Of a DNA stretch of 64,000 bases, positions 40,688-53,165 are shown in pieces. This DNA comes from an uncultured delta proteobacterium (GTDB lineage Bacteria > Desulfobacterota > Binatia > UBA9968): assembly GCA_963745035.1 (NCBI GenBank), contig CAVUVW010000002.1, positions 1-64,000 on the forward strand, in the 5' to 3' direction. Position numbers and translations under genes: made by a program. Position 1 is the first letter of the stretch. The number at the start of each line of letters is the position of its first letter. The notes beneath the pieces were generated by a model that was not told where the DNA came from, did no database searches, and saw only the letters and a list, made by a program, of their open reading frames with translations.

Positions 40688-41704
40688 TTGAAGAAGGAAA
40701 AACTCATGCAGGTAACATCGTCGATGGGTGCTCTCTTCAGTCTAGTGACATTTTTCGTGTTTGACATCGCCGCGGCGCAGACACTCAAAATTCCTTACGT
40801 ATCGATCTCCGGCTTTCAGGCGCCGCTCTACCTTGGCGAGCGCGCCGGCTTGTTCAAAAAGAACCAACTGGAAGCGCAGCTTATCTACATGCCGGGCGGA
40901 TCGTTGATCGTGCAAACCTTGCTCTCGAATGAAGTCGGGGTCGCCAGCCTGGCGCCGCCGTCTGCGGTCGCTGCATGGGTCAAGGGTGCGGAGCTGTCGC
41001 TGGTCGCCGGCGGCATCGAGCGCGCGCTCAACGTCCTCATGGTCAATCCTAAGATCAAGAGAATCGAGGACCTCAAAGGCAAACGAGTGGCGATCAGCCG
41101 TTTCGGCTCGCTCTCGGATGTCTCGCTGCGCGACGCCTTAGCGTTTCACAAGCTGAGAGCCAATCAAGACGTGATAGTCGCGCAGATCGGCGGGCTCGGC
41201 GAGCGCATGGTGGCGCTCACCTCGGGCGTCGTTGACGGCGCGATTCTCAACGTCGATCAAGTTTTCCAAGCGGAGAGGCTCGGCTTTCAGATCTTGATCG
41301 ACCTGCGGAAAAAAAAATTGCCGCTGACCTATTCGACCCAGGGAATCGTCGTGAGCAATCATTTTCTCCGTTCGCAGCGCTCGGTCGTCAAACGTTTTTT
41401 GCGAGTGTATGTCGAAGGCATCAAGATTTTTAAGACCGACAAGGAATATTCCATGGACACCTTGGGCCGTTACATCAAGACCAGCGATCGCGAGATCCTG
41501 TCGAAAACCTATGACGTTTACCGCGACGCTTGGGAAAGCGTGCCGTTGGTACGACGCGAAGGCATACAGCAAGCGCTCGACAGTATTCCGGAAGCCAAAG
41601 GCGTCAAGGTGAATCTCGACAATCTGATCGATAATTCGCTGATCCAGGAATTTGAAAAGGAAGGTTTTCTACGCGAGCTTTATGCGGACGGCGCAAAACG
41701 TTAA
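40688..41704 (+). CDS. NMT1/SsuA-type solute-binding protein
   Basis: DLKGKRVAISRFGS, EFEKEGFL; start may be ATG 40706. Confidence 0.9.
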   Translation: MKKEKLMQVTSSMGALFSLVTFFVFDIAAAQTLKIPYVSISGFQAPLYLGERAGLFKKNQLEAQLIYMPGGSLIVQTLLSNEVGVASLAPPSAVAAWVKGAELSLVAGGIERALNVLMVNPKIKRIEDLKGKRVAISRFGSLSDVSLRDALAFHKLRANQDVIVAQIGGLGERMVALTSGVVDGAILNVDQVFQAERLGFQILIDLRKKKLPLTYSTQGIVVSNHFLRSQRSVVKRFLRVYVEGIKIFKTDKEYSMDTLGRYIKTSDREILSKTYDVYRDAWESVPLVRREGIQQALDSIPEAKGVKVNLDNLIDNSLIQEFEKEGFLRELYADGAKR

Positions 41705-41788
41705 CCGTGGTGGCTCAATTGACGAGCTCTTGCGTCCCAGGATAGAGGGAAGTAATTTTCTAGAAGATTTGCTGACGGGAGAGGAACC

Positions 41789-42619
41789 ATGCTCAAGACC
41801 ACCGGGCTGATCGCCGGCCATTACGAATGCCGCTCGTTCGCCGATACGCTTCCGGTATTCACCGACCTTCTGGCGATGCAAATCGTCGAGCAAAAACCGG
41901 CCGAAGCCACGCTCAAACATCCGAACACCGACTGGCGCTTGATCGTTCACGAAGGCGGTCCCAATGCGCCCGAAAAAACCTTCGACAATCATTACGGCTT
42001 TCGCGTCGCGAGTCACCAGGAAGTCGAAGCCGCGTGGAAATATATCGAAGCGCACAAGGAAAAATATCATCTAAGCAAAATCACCAAGCCCCAGAGCGCG
42101 CACTTCGCCTACTCGATCTATTTTCGCGAGCCCGGCGGCAATCATCTCGAGATCGAATACTACAATCCGGGCGGCGCGCTGCACGGCCGCTCGCACACGG
42201 CGGGACATTGGGAAAATCCGCTTACCGATGAGCGCTTTCCCGGACGCGGCTACCTGCCGCAAGCTTTCACTCACGGCACCTTGCAGTGCGACAACGTCGA
42301 AAGAAGCCGGCAGTTTTATGTCGATGTCTTGGGCTTGGAGATCGCCGCCGGCTTCAATACCGCGCAGTACATCAAGCATCCTGCAGCGCCTTGGTACATC
42401 GTCGTTTTGCAGCGCAGTCCGCGCCAGTATCTCGCGCCGGTCAACCGATTTACTTTGCAAGTGAGCTCACCCGCCGAAGTTGCACAGGCGCACCGTGAGT
42501 TCACGGTCAATGGTAATTCGCTTGGCCTTACCGAGCTCGGCGAGCTCGAGACAAACAACGGCACAATGAGCTTTATTTTCAGCGATGTCGATAAAAACTG
42601 GTGGGAGCTGACCAACTGA
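41789..42619 (+). CDS. VOC/glyoxalase family protein (two domains)
   Basis: NHYGFRV, YFREPGGNHLEI, FSDVDKNWWEL. Confidence 0.8.
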   Translation: MLKTTGLIAGHYECRSFADTLPVFTDLLAMQIVEQKPAEATLKHPNTDWRLIVHEGGPNAPEKTFDNHYGFRVASHQEVEAAWKYIEAHKEKYHLSKITKPQSAHFAYSIYFREPGGNHLEIEYYNPGGALHGRSHTAGHWENPLTDERFPGRGYLPQAFTHGTLQCDNVERSRQFYVDVLGLEIAAGFNTAQYIKHPAAPWYIVVLQRSPRQYLAPVNRFTLQVSSPAEVAQAHREFTVNGNSLGLTELGELETNNGTMSFIFSDVDKNWWELTN

Positions 42620-43701
42620 TGGAAAGAAAACCGAAACTACAAATCATCGTGCTTGCCGTCTCCCTTCTGCTGGCGCAGTGGATGGTTTTGGCGCCGATGG
42701 CATCCGCTCAGACGCCGTTCTATGAAGGCAAGAATGTTCTGCTCGTCAGCGGCACCGACGCCGGCGGCGCCGGCGATCTGCGCACACGCGCAGTGATTCC
42801 GGTCTTGAAAAAACATATCCCCGGCCATCCCAACATCGTCGTGCAGTACATGCCCGGAGCGGGCGGACGCAAGGCGGCCAATCAGATGTACAAGTCGGTC
42901 CGGCCCGACGGTTTGACCATCGGCGCCATGATCACCGGCATGGTTCAGGGTACGATTTTCGGCGAGACCGACGTGCTCTATGAACTGGACAAGTTCATTT
43001 ATCTCGGCTCCCACGCCCGCTATGCGCCTTATGCGTTTCTGACGCGCAAAGCCGCTGGCTTCAACACTCGGGAAACTTTGACCGCGGCCCGCGGCGTGCG
43101 CATCGGCGCCCCATCCGTCGGCCACAGCCTTTACACTATGGCCCGCCTGTTCGCTTACATGCTCGACATGAAGGAGCCGCGTCTTGTCACCGGCTACACG
43201 CCGCGCGAAATCGACTTCGCTTTGGAAAGAAACGAAATCGATGCCCGGGTGAGCATCCTGGACAGCTTGCTGACGCGCAACGCTCACTGGTTGGATAAAG
43301 ATCTCGTGCACGTGCACGCGACCATCGATATTCCCAAGGGCTTCAAACACGCAGATCGCAGGCTCGCCAAACTTCCCGAGATCGAGAGTTTCGCTCGGTC
43401 AAATCAAGACCGCCGCCTCATCCACCTTTTTCGCGGCGTGCGCGACACCGGCCAGCCGTTTGTCTTGCCGCCGGGCACGCCGGCGGAGCAAGTCAAAATA
43501 TTGCGTGAAGCCATGCGTAAAGCTTTCGCTGATCCGGAGTACACAAAAGCTTACGAAAAGCTCACCTCGGAGCCCGCCATGCCGATAACTTGGGAGGAGT
43601 TCGAAACGGAGCTCCGCGAGTTGCCGCGGGAAGCCGAGATCATCGATCTCTTCAAAAAACTTTCCGGCCCGGCGCCGCTGCCGGCGCGGCCATCGCGGTA
43701 A
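42619..43701 (+). CDS. TctC/Bug-like tripartite tricarboxylate transporter binding protein
   Basis: FYEGK, HIPGHPNIVVQYMPGAGG, PDGLTI, LPPGTP motifs. Confidence 0.85.
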   Translation: MERKPKLQIIVLAVSLLLAQWMVLAPMASAQTPFYEGKNVLLVSGTDAGGAGDLRTRAVIPVLKKHIPGHPNIVVQYMPGAGGRKAANQMYKSVRPDGLTIGAMITGMVQGTIFGETDVLYELDKFIYLGSHARYAPYAFLTRKAAGFNTRETLTAARGVRIGAPSVGHSLYTMARLFAYMLDMKEPRLVTGYTPREIDFALERNEIDARVSILDSLLTRNAHWLDKDLVHVHATIDIPKGFKHADRRLAKLPEIESFARSNQDRRLIHLFRGVRDTGQPFVLPPGTPAEQVKILREAMRKAFADPEYTKAYEKLTSEPAMPITWEEFETELRELPREAEIIDLFKKLSGPAPLPARPSR

Positions 43702-43822
43702 GCACGCGCAATCTAAGCGTTCGTTAACTTCAGCTTTTCTGAGCCTCTCGCCGATCTTTGGTGAGAGTTAACGAGCGCTTCGTAAATTGACAATAAATTC
43801 TTTTTGCGGTGTGCAGAATGCA

Positions 43823-43856
43823 GAAAAGCCCGGTTGGACAACCAACCGGGCTTTTC
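43823..43856. terminator. Bidirectional intrinsic terminator
   Basis: GAAAAGCCCGGTTGG-ACAA-CCAACCGGGCTTTTC between convergent genes. Confidence 0.8.
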
Positions 43857-43882
43857 ATTTTCACGACGAATCAGTCCTGCAA

Positions 43883-44236
43883 TCACTCGAATTTCAGCAA
43901 CGGAATATCCTTCGCCGCCGGGGATGCTTTAACCGTCGCCAGATACGCGTAGATGTCAGCGAGTTCCTGGTCGGTCAGAAATTGCTGCCGATAGGCTGGC
44001 ATGTCGAGGCGCGGTGTGCGCGTCTGCAGGGCAAAGGCAGGATAGGGAAGCAAACCCGGCGCGAGCTTTGGGCCGGCACCGCGATCGGCGCCCTGGCCAA
44101 TCGTGCCGTGACAGGTATAGCACATATATTTCATGTAGGCCTGCTGGCCGCGCTGAGCCGAGCCAGCCGGTGTTTCCTGTGCGGATACCGTCGACACAGC
44201 CAATGCGAGTAGCGCCGTCGTCAGCAAGTAGCGCAT
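43883..44236 (-). CDS. Monoheme cytochrome c
   Basis: Signal peptide, CYTCH, distal MPAY. Confidence 0.9.
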   Translation of the reverse strand: MRYLLTTALLALAVSTVSAQETPAGSAQRGQQAYMKYMCYTCHGTIGQGADRGAGPKLAPGLLPYPAFALQTRTPRLDMPAYRQQFLTDQELADIYAYLATVKASPAAKDIPLLKFE

Positions 44237-44250
44237 CTAATGCCCTCCTG

Positions 44251-46129
44251 TTAACGTCCCTGGGATACCACGTCCACTAGCGCCGGTTCTCCGCGCTTCA
44301 CCACTGCGAGCGCGCGCGAAAACGCCGGGCCTAGGGCGGCCGGATCGCTGATCGGTCCCTCCGCCCATACTCCCATGGACTGCGCCAGCTTGGCGAAATC
44401 GACATTCGGTTTTTCGATCGTCGTGCCGATCGCCGCGGTGTCCATGCGGCGGTTGTGCAGCGCCGCCATTTTTTGCAGGTGCATGACCTCCTGGTGATAA
44501 GCGCGATTGTTGTGCACGATCATGAGGAACGGAATTTTATGGTGCGCCGCTGTCCAGAGCGCGCCCGGCGCGTACATCAAATCGCCGTCGCCTTCGATCG
44601 AGACGGTCAAAATACCCTTGTCCCGGTTGGCCAGCGCCGCTCCGACGGCGGCGCCGCTACCGTAGCCTTGACCGGCGCCGCCGGAACCGCCGATGAAATT
44701 ATGATACTCAGTGGCCGGCCAGAGGTTTCTGTTCCACTGCACGCTGGAAACGGCAAGGCACCATTTGTCTTTCTTGATGAGGTCGTAAAGCTGGGCCGAC
44801 ATGCGCGCCGTGCTGCACGGGCTGGCGTCCCAGCCTACACTGGCTGCGGCCCGCGCTCGATCTTTCATCCTGCCATGGTCTTCGCGCAACTTGGCGGCGC
44901 GGTTCGCGAATGCTCCTCGCTGCGCGGCTTTCTTCACGGCCTCGGTCAAAGCCGGAAGCGTCGCCTGCGCGTCGCCTGAGATCGGCAAATCCGCCGGCAT
45001 GAAGCGCTGCATATCCTGATAGTTCGACTTGGTCAGCGTGTCGCCGAGCGAAATATGAATCACTTTGACATCAGGTTTTGCGAGCCGACGGTATTCATGG
45101 TGCGGGTCGCTGACGGTATTGAATTGACCCCAGGGATCGGCAACTTCAAGCAAAAGCGCAACGTCGGCTTGACCCACCAGGGAGCGGCGGTCTCCGCTGC
45201 GGCAGAGATAATGGTTCATCGGAAAATTCATGCGGCCGCCGATATCGATCACCGGCGCGCTCAAGGCCTCGGCTAGCTCCACGAGGAGCTTCATGCCCTC
45301 TTGCGAACGACAAGCGCGGTCAGCCACGATCACTGGATTTTGCGCCGCCACCAGCATCTTGGCCGCCTCGGAAACCGCGCCGCTGTCGCCCTGCGGAGGA
45401 ATCGAAAGCGTGAGCTTGGGAATCGACAATTTCTTCTCGTCGCTTATCGGTCCTTCTGCGATCACGCCGTCGGCCGTGACCAGCACCGGTCCCATGGGCA
45501 CGGTCGTGGCAATTTTGTAGGCGCGCATCACCGACTCGGCAAAATGCTGGAGCGATAACGGCTGATCGTCCCACTTGATAAAATCCCGCAGCAGCGCGGC
45601 CGGATCTTGCACGCAGTGATACCACTCGACACCGGGCCGGCGTTTCGCAGCGTCGAGAAAGTTGCCGGCAAACATGACGACCGGGACACGGTCGCACCAG
45701 GCGTTGTAAACGGCCATCGCCGCATGCTGCAGGCCGACGGTGCCGTGAGCCATCATGCCCATCGGCTTACCCGCCACCTTGGCATAGCCTTGGGCCATGC
45801 TGACCGATGTCTCTTCATGCAGGCAGGTGAGAAATTCGGGTTTCTTATTGCCGCCGTAGTTGATGATGGACTCTTGCAGGCTGCGAAAGCTCGATCCCGG
45901 ATTGGACGCGATGTACTCGATGCCCGTCGCCTTGATCACGTCGACCATGAAGTCGGAACCCGGCCGGCTGATGATCTTATCCCTGCTCGGCGGTTTCTCG
46001 TTGCCTTCCGAGCTTGTCTCAGCGGCCTGCGCCGGCGAGTTTGCCGCCATCTGTGTCCCGATGACCGCCGCTGCGGTATGCCGCGGCGCCCTTTAGAAAT
46101 GCACGACGATCGAAAGCATCTTTAGCCAT
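44251..46129 (-). CDS. TPP-binding enzyme with Tat signal (indel before 46050)
   Basis: NPGSSFRSL, LHEE, GDGDLM...HNN; upstream MAKDAFDRRAFLKG with RBS. Confidence 0.87.
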
Positions 46130-46388
46130 GCGTACCTCCCGCAAGCCGAATTGGACGCCAGCGTCGCGATGGAAATGCGAAAGTCAATGAACCAGACGGA
46201 TCGCGACAGGCTCAAACGTTGATAGACGCTAGCCGAAATCGCATTTTGCTGTCAATGGATATTTAGCCAAGGGCCGGACACGGGGGGCCATCTACACTAT
46301 CGCAACCCGCAGACAAGATGCCGCAATAGGTTTAGCCGTATGACGAGATTTTGTTGAAGCTTCTGGTTGGCGAAGCCGCGAGGCGCTT

Positions 46389-48011
46389 TTAGCCGCCCGC
46401 CAGTTTGAGCTTGTTCTTGGCGTTCTTGCCGATCTTGTTGCGCGGGAATTTCTCGGCGACGTGCTCGAGCAAGTCGATGCCCAATCCCCGTTCCTGGCCG
46501 GCGCGTTCGACCAGACTGAATCCGAGCGCGAATAAGATCCTCCGGCGCCAAGCCTTTCTCTTTTTTCAGCGTCTCGAAAACCGGATAGGCCGAGCCGCGA
46601 TAAAGATCGGTCAAGAGCTCGACCGCGGGATGCTGGCGATTGGTCGCCACGGTGTGCGAGTGCAGTTTCAGCTGCGCCAAGGCCAGGTGAAACTTATTCT
46701 CGGGCTTAACTCCGGGGAAATCCTTGAGCGGCAACAAGAAGCCCACCGACTCTTTGAATTTTTTCGCCTTGACCAGCTTCGCTCCGTGCTCGGCGAGCTT
46801 TTGGTAGACAAACTCCGCGTCCGCGCGCTTGAGCACGTGCAGGAACGCAGTCTGAATGCGCTCTTCGTCCTCGATCGCTTTTTGCAGCTTCTTCCACAAC
46901 GCGTCCAGCGTATCTTGCCGCCACTTGCCTTCGAAGGAAGGCAATAGCTCCGCGATACTCCACGCCTTGCTCGCGTCCTCGCAGGAAACCAGTTCCTTGA
47001 TCAGCGCCGCGCGCGCGTCGGGAATTTTGCGCAGCGAGCTGGCAGCGACGTCGCGCTCTTCCGATAATCGGGATCGCCCAATTGCTCGACCAAGGTGCGC
47101 ACCGTCGCCGGCGTGCCGACGTCGCCCATTTTTCTGAGCGCGAACTTTTGCACGTCGGAATGCGGGCTCTGCATCAGTTTACCCAGCAGCGCGCGGGAGT
47201 CGTCCGGCAGCTCGTGGGCATCGAGCAAATCCAGGGTCAAGCGCGTCGCTTCCGTGGGCTGGGGCTCTTCGAGAATAGGAAACAACTTCGCGTACTCGTC
47301 CTTGCGCAACTCCTGCTCGCGCAGGCAGCGCAGCAGCGCGACCAACGCGTGCGCGCGCACCGCGGGATGCTGCTCCGCGCCGACGAACTTAAAAAGCCAG
47401 CGGCGCGCTTGAGGACGCCCGAGTTGTCCAAGCAGCCGCATGGCCGAAATCATCGCCGGCCGCTGCTCCTTGGCATTGAGCTTCGCCGCAAAAGATTCGA
47501 CGTCGTCGTAGAGCGAATCCTGCTCTTTGGCGTCCATCTCCCGCAGCACCGGCGTCATCAGATCGCAGATCACGCGATTGCTCTCGTCCGTGCCCGTGCC
47601 GAGCATTTGCAGCAATCCCTTGAGCGCCGCTTTGCCGCGCACTTGGCACAGCACGCGTGCGGCATTCAACTGCCAGACGCGCGAGGCGTTCGCCAAGCCT
47701 TGCAGCAGCGGCTGCACCGCCGCTTGTCCGGCGCCGCTCAAGGACCGCACCGCCCGCTCCTGCACGTCCTTATCCTGGTCGTCGAGCATTTTGATGAGCT
47801 GCGCGATGTTGTTTTTCGGGTGCGCTTCTTCGAAGTAACGCAGCGCATAATCTTTCAGCACCGGATTCGGACCATCGAGCAGCGCGCCTACTATCTTGAC
47901 AACGGAAGCGTTGCTCACTTTAAGACCGCCCAAAACGAGCAGAGCAGCACAGCGCTGCTCGACCGTGCCCTTTTCGATAAGAGTCAAAATATCCTGTAAA
48001 GTGTTGTCCAT
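46389..48011 (-). CDS. HEAT-repeat protein (indels)
   Basis: Helical repeats LxDxDxxVxxxAxxxL; ORFs 47001-48035 and 46297-46944 are colinear. Confidence 0.72.
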
Positions 48012-48208
48012 AATTTTCTCTGTTCCTATTTCCAACTTGATCCCGGCAGAAAAGTCAAGCCGGCGCGCGTAGCGCGCTCGGTCTAGAGTCTAGGGTCCAG
48101 AGTTTTGGGTTCCGAGAGCCTAGACCCTAGATGCGAGACTGCAAACAGTTGACTGTCTTGACAGCCGGCAAAATTGGCAGTACGCGAAAGCTTGGCTACG
48201 GAGGACGA

Positions 48209-49376
48209 ATGTTTCACACTGATTTGACACCGTTCGGCGTCGACATGGAGCGCCTCGCGCAAGATCGACTCAAACGGCTTCAGGCCGCCATGAAACGCGA
48301 GAAGACTCGGCGCGCTTTTGCTCACGGACTTTTTGAATCTGCGCTACGCGACCAATACCGTGATGATGCTCGGCTTGCGTACTTCCGGCGTCCAGCGCTT
48401 CGGGCTCATTCCCGCCGAAGGCGAGCCGATCATCTGCCAGCGCGAGCTGTCAGCGCAAGAAGCATTATCGCAGCCTGCGCTTCGACGCCTACATGTTCTC
48501 CATGCGCCCGCCCATCGCCACCGAAGATTTCGTCGAACAAGCGGTCACCGGGCTTGAAGCAGCTCGGCGCCGCCGGCGAGCGGGTCGGCGTCGATGTATT
48601 GAGTCTCGCCGCCGTCGAAGGTTTGAAAGAAGCCGGCATCGACCTCGTCGATGGCTGGCCGGCGATCAACAGCGCGCGTGTGGTGAAAACGATCGATGAA
48701 ATCGCAATTGATCCGCTGGACCACCAAAGCAAAGTATCGCGGCTACGACCTCGTGCGCCAGGCGCTGCGGGAGTCGGACGTTCCCGAAGACAAGCTCAGC
48801 CGCATCATGCTCGATTACTTGATGGACCAGGGCTTCGAGGCCGGCAGCGAATTTATTTCGATCTACGATTCATCGGTTGCCGACACGCGGCCGCACAACG
48901 AACCGATGGGCGCCGATCTCGTCGTCAAGGATGGCGAGCTGGTGATCTGCGACGCCACGGTGGCGGGACCGGGCGGTTACTACAGCGACTTCGCCCGCAC
49001 CTTCAGCCACGGCGCTCCGACCGCCGCGACCAAGCAGCGCTATAAGGAAGCCTATCACTCGCTCCAAGAAGCGCTGAAGCTCGTGAAGCCCGGCCCGTGC
49101 ACGGAAGCATTCAAGCGATTCGGCAAAGGCGCGAGCGCCGGCATGCGCCTGCCCGGATTCGACGGCTACCACGGTGTGGGTCTTTGCGTTTACGAATCAC
49201 CGTGGCTGCGCGGCGGCGACCCGGAAAAATACATGATTTCTCTCGAAGAAAACATGATCGTCGCCCTGGAGATCAACCACTACCCGGTAAAGCTCGAACA
49301 CTTGCTCCGCGTCACCGCCGACGGCGCCGAGATTTTGTCGCAGTATCCCGTCGACTCTGAGTTAGTGCCCGCTTAG
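48209..49376 (+). CDS. M24 Xaa-Pro aminopeptidase/creatinase family (indels)
   Basis: NLRYAT, ARVVKTIDEI, GYYSDFART, HGVGL, LEENMIVALE. Confidence 0.82.
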
Positions 49377-49506
49377 ATAATTCACCGCGGAGACGCCGAG
49401 GACGCAGAGAACTTTTCTCAGCGTACTGTGCGGCTCTACCGTGCAGTTTTCCGTTTTTCTGGTCTAACGATTTGAACTTTTTGAACGGCTTGAACGGTTT
49501 GAACGT

Positions 49507-50580
49507 TTACTTTCTTCCAAGCTCCCTCAGCGCCTTCTGCCATGCGGTGGCTTCCTTGTCGTACTGCGCGGTGTTGAGGCCGCCCTCTGGATACCATCGT
49601 TTGAAGCCCATCTCCTTCGATGGATTGCCGAATTCCAGATTCTCCAGAATTTTCTGTCCCTCGGGGCTCAGAATAAAATCCGCCATCAAGATCGCCGCGT
49701 GCGGATGCGGCGCTTGATAGACGATCGTGGTCGCGCCCGCGTTAGTCGGCACGGCTTCCATCGGCACCCAGTCGATCGGCGCGCCTTTTCCTTTCGATTC
49801 CATCGCGTGATCGCGGAATATCGACGGCGAGATCGGCACTTCTCCCGAGATCGCCAGGTCCGCCATGGCGCGTCCGGAAATCGAATGCAGACTAATGTCC
49901 TGGGCCTTGAGCTTGCGCGCGAACTCTTCGCCTTTGAATTTCAAGATCGCGCCCATCATGCGCACTCCGGTGTCGCTCGTGGTGAGACCCATCTTGCCCT
50001 TGAGCTGCGGATTCAGCAGGCCGGCAAAATTTTTCGGCACGGCGCTCGGCGCGATCAGCTTCGGATTGTAACCGACACCGATAAAGCTCTCGCGGTTGAC
50101 TCCCCAATAATAAAGTCCCTTGCCGGCACTCTCCTTCGCGTGCGCCGGATACTTGGCGAGATGAGGCGAATTGTAGACGGCGAGCAAGCCGTCCTCGCGC
50201 AAGCTCTTCAGCAGCGGCAAAGTCGTCTCGATGGTGTCGACTATGTACTGGCGCGCCTTTGCCTCGGCGGTGATGCGCGCCATCAGCTCGTTGCTGGCGG
50301 CGCGGTAGACATCGACTTTTACGCCCGGATATTTTTTCTCGAAGCCCTGCGCCAGCTCCTTGTACGAACTCCCCGCAAGCGACGTGTACCAAACAACTTT
50401 GCCTTCGGACTTCGCGCCAGCGACGAGAATCTGCTCGCGATCCGCGCCGGTGTAAGCCGCGAGCTCGGCAAGCGTCGCCGGCTTTTTGGCTTGGGCATGA
50501 ACTGAAACCGGCGAACGAAGCGATGCGTAGACTGTCACGGCAGAAAGTAAAGCGAGAAAAAAACTCCTGGAATATTTCAA
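49507..50580 (-). CDS. Fe3+/thiamine-type solute-binding protein
   Basis: GAKSEGKVVWYTS, APHPHAAILMADFILSPEGQ. Confidence 0.88.
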   Translation of the reverse strand: MKYSRSFFLALLSAVTVYASLRSPVSVHAQAKKPATLAELAAYTGADREQILVAGAKSEGKVVWYTSLAGSSYKELAQGFEKKYPGVKVDVYRAASNELMARITAEAKARQYIVDTIETTLPLLKSLREDGLLAVYNSPHLAKYPAHAKESAGKGLYYWGVNRESFIGVGYNPKLIAPSAVPKNFAGLLNPQLKGKMGLTTSDTGVRMMGAILKFKGEEFARKLKAQDISLHSISGRAMADLAISGEVPISPSIFRDHAMESKGKGAPIDWVPMEAVPTNAGATTIVYQAPHPHAAILMADFILSPEGQKILENLEFGNPSKEMGFKRWYPEGGLNTAQYDKEATAWQKALRELGRK

Positions 50581-50751
50581 GTGAAATTTACCTCTTGCAG
50601 TAACTTTTCGAACCGTTGTCACCCCGCATGTTTGGTGGAGGATCCAATCGTAACCAGCCTGGATTCCCGCTAGAATCATGCGGGAATGACGATATGAAAA
50701 CCACGTGCCGCAGCCGCAAAAATTTGAGCCCGTCGAGTAAAGACGGACAAA

Positions 50752-52982
50752 TTACTTCTGCTTCAATGCTCGATAGATATTTTCCGCTTTCACCGGCAGC
50801 TCGAACAGGCGCACGCCCACTGCGTCGGCGATAGCGTTGGCGATCGCGGCCGGCGGGCCGTTGTTGGCGAACTCGCCGATCGGCTTGGAGTCGAGCGGGC
50901 CGACGCCGCCGGTAGTTTTGACCAGCACGGTTTTGAGCTCCGGGATGTCTTTGACGGACGGCAATTTATAATCGCCCAGGTTGTTGTTGGTGACCTTGCC
51001 GCCGTCCATCACCAGCTCTTCCATCATGCCCTGGCCCATGCCCATGATCGTGGCGCCGTCGATCTGGCCCTGGTGCGTCACCGGATTGATCACGTGCCGA
51101 CGTCGTGGGCACTCACCACCCGGTGTACGCGCACCGCCCCGGTGTCGGCATCGACCTCGACCTCCGCCACTTGCGCGCAGATGTAAGAGATATCCTCCGG
51201 GTAGGGATAATCCTCGTAGACCGTCACTGCGAGCGGCTCGTTCGCTTGTGAAGCAATGCGGCGCAACGAAAGTTGCTGCCCGGGATCCTGACGCAAAGAG
51301 AATCTGCCGTTATCGAATGTCACTTCATCGACTTTGCATTCGAGCATTTTGGCCGCTCGTTCGAGTAACCGATCGCGCAGTTTTTCGCAGGCCTGCATGA
51401 TGGCATTGCCCGCCACATACGTCATACGGCTCGCTCGCATGCCGCTGTCACGCGGCGCCCTATCAGTGTCGCCGATGGTCACACGCACCTGATCGATCGG
51501 CACTTTCATCTGATCGGCCACCAATTGGCGCAAAATCGTGTGAGTACCGGAACCCTGATCGATGCTCGGACTCAAGATCGAAAAAGCTCCGTCAGAGTCG
51601 GCACTCAAAATAAGACCTGGTATCGCCGCCGCTGATGTGCCTTCCCGACAGCGCGATGCCCCGCCCATAATTGCGCTTCTTCGGTTTTTTCCACCCCGCT
51701 GCATCGAGCGCGCCTTGCAATACTTCGCGGAAGCGCACGCTATGCAGCTCGTGGCCGACCGCGTCCGCTTCCCCTTCGCCGAGAAAATTTTTCAGAGCGA
51801 AACTCGGCCGGGTCCATGCCAAGATCATTAGCTAAAATATCGGTATGACAATCGACGGCGAATGCGGTCGCCACCGCACCCGGGCTACGATAATAGCCGC
51901 CGGGAACCGTGTTCGTGTAGATCTGCAAGAACTCGATGTCGGAGTGCTCCATACGATATTGCCCGCCGGCATAGTGCCAGGTGGCGAGCGAAGTATTCGA
52001 TTTGAGCGCGCCGTAGCCGCCGCTCGCGTGCGCCGCGCGGATCTTGCGCGCCACGATGCGCCCGTCGCGCTTCACGCCGGTTCGGATCGTGATCACGGTG
52101 GCATGCGCCGGATTGCTCGCCGATAACTCTTCCGCGTAGGTCATCACGATCTTGACCGGCCGTCCGGTCTTCTGCGCCAGAAAATACAGCACCGGCAGAT
52201 CGACCCCATCGCCCTTGCCGCCGAACTCGCCGCCGACGTTGACGGGATTCATGCGGATGCGCTCTTCGGCGATCGACAAACATTTTGCGAGCTGGCTGCG
52301 CACGCCGAAGGGATTTTTCACCGAGGACCAAACCTGAATGCGCCCGTCGGGTTCGATCGCGACGGTGGCCGCGTGCGGCTCGAGATAACCCTGGTGGCGC
52401 GCCGGAATGCGAAATGTATGTTCCAGGACCAGATCGGATTCACGAAAACCTTTCTCCACGTCGCCTTTGCGCCACGCCAGGCGGGTGAGCCCGTTGTGCA
52501 AATCGGCGGCGAGAATCTTTTCCGGCGCGCCGTCGTAGGCGCCGACGTTTTCATGCAGCGCCGGCGCGCCCGGTGCCATGGCTTCGAGCGGATCGAACAC
52601 AGCGGGCAAAATCTCGTAATCGACGTCGATCATGTGTAGAGCATCTTCGGCTGCGTCCACGGTTTCCGCGGCCACGGCCGCCACCCGGTCGCCGACAAAA
52701 CGCACCTTGTCCCAGCAAAGCACCGGCATATCGCGGATTTGTTTGCCGACCAGATGACCTTTGACATCCTCGCCGGTAAGGATGGCGTGCACGCCCGGCA
52801 ATTTCCGCGCCTTCGATGTATCGATGCCGCCGGATGCGCGCATGCGGGTGCGGACTCCGCAAAATTTTCGCCCACAACAAACCCGGCAGCTTCACGTCGG
52901 CGGCGTAGACCGTATGCCCGCGCACCTTGTCTCCGCCTTCGCCGCGCGGCACCGCCGTGCCGACCACTTTGGAATCAGCCAT
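50752..52982 (-). CDS. Xanthine dehydrogenase/CoxL-family molybdopterin-binding subunit (split by indels)
   Basis: LRSPHPHARI, HQGYLEPH, GGEFGGK, DQGSG, AHDVG..INP, KPIGE motifs across four ORFs. Confidence 0.88.
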
Positions 52983-53165
52983 GGATGTTACCTCTCGAAT
53001 CAATGCGTGCAGTGATTGTTCGGCTACTTAGTACGGCAAAGCCGCCAAGGTCAAGGCTAACAACGCCAGTGCGTATAAAATTCTCCGCTCCGCTTGTTTC
53101 GCTACGCGATTGCGCAATAATTGACAACGAGAATTCGCCCGCAGGATTTAGCGGAGGGAAATCCT

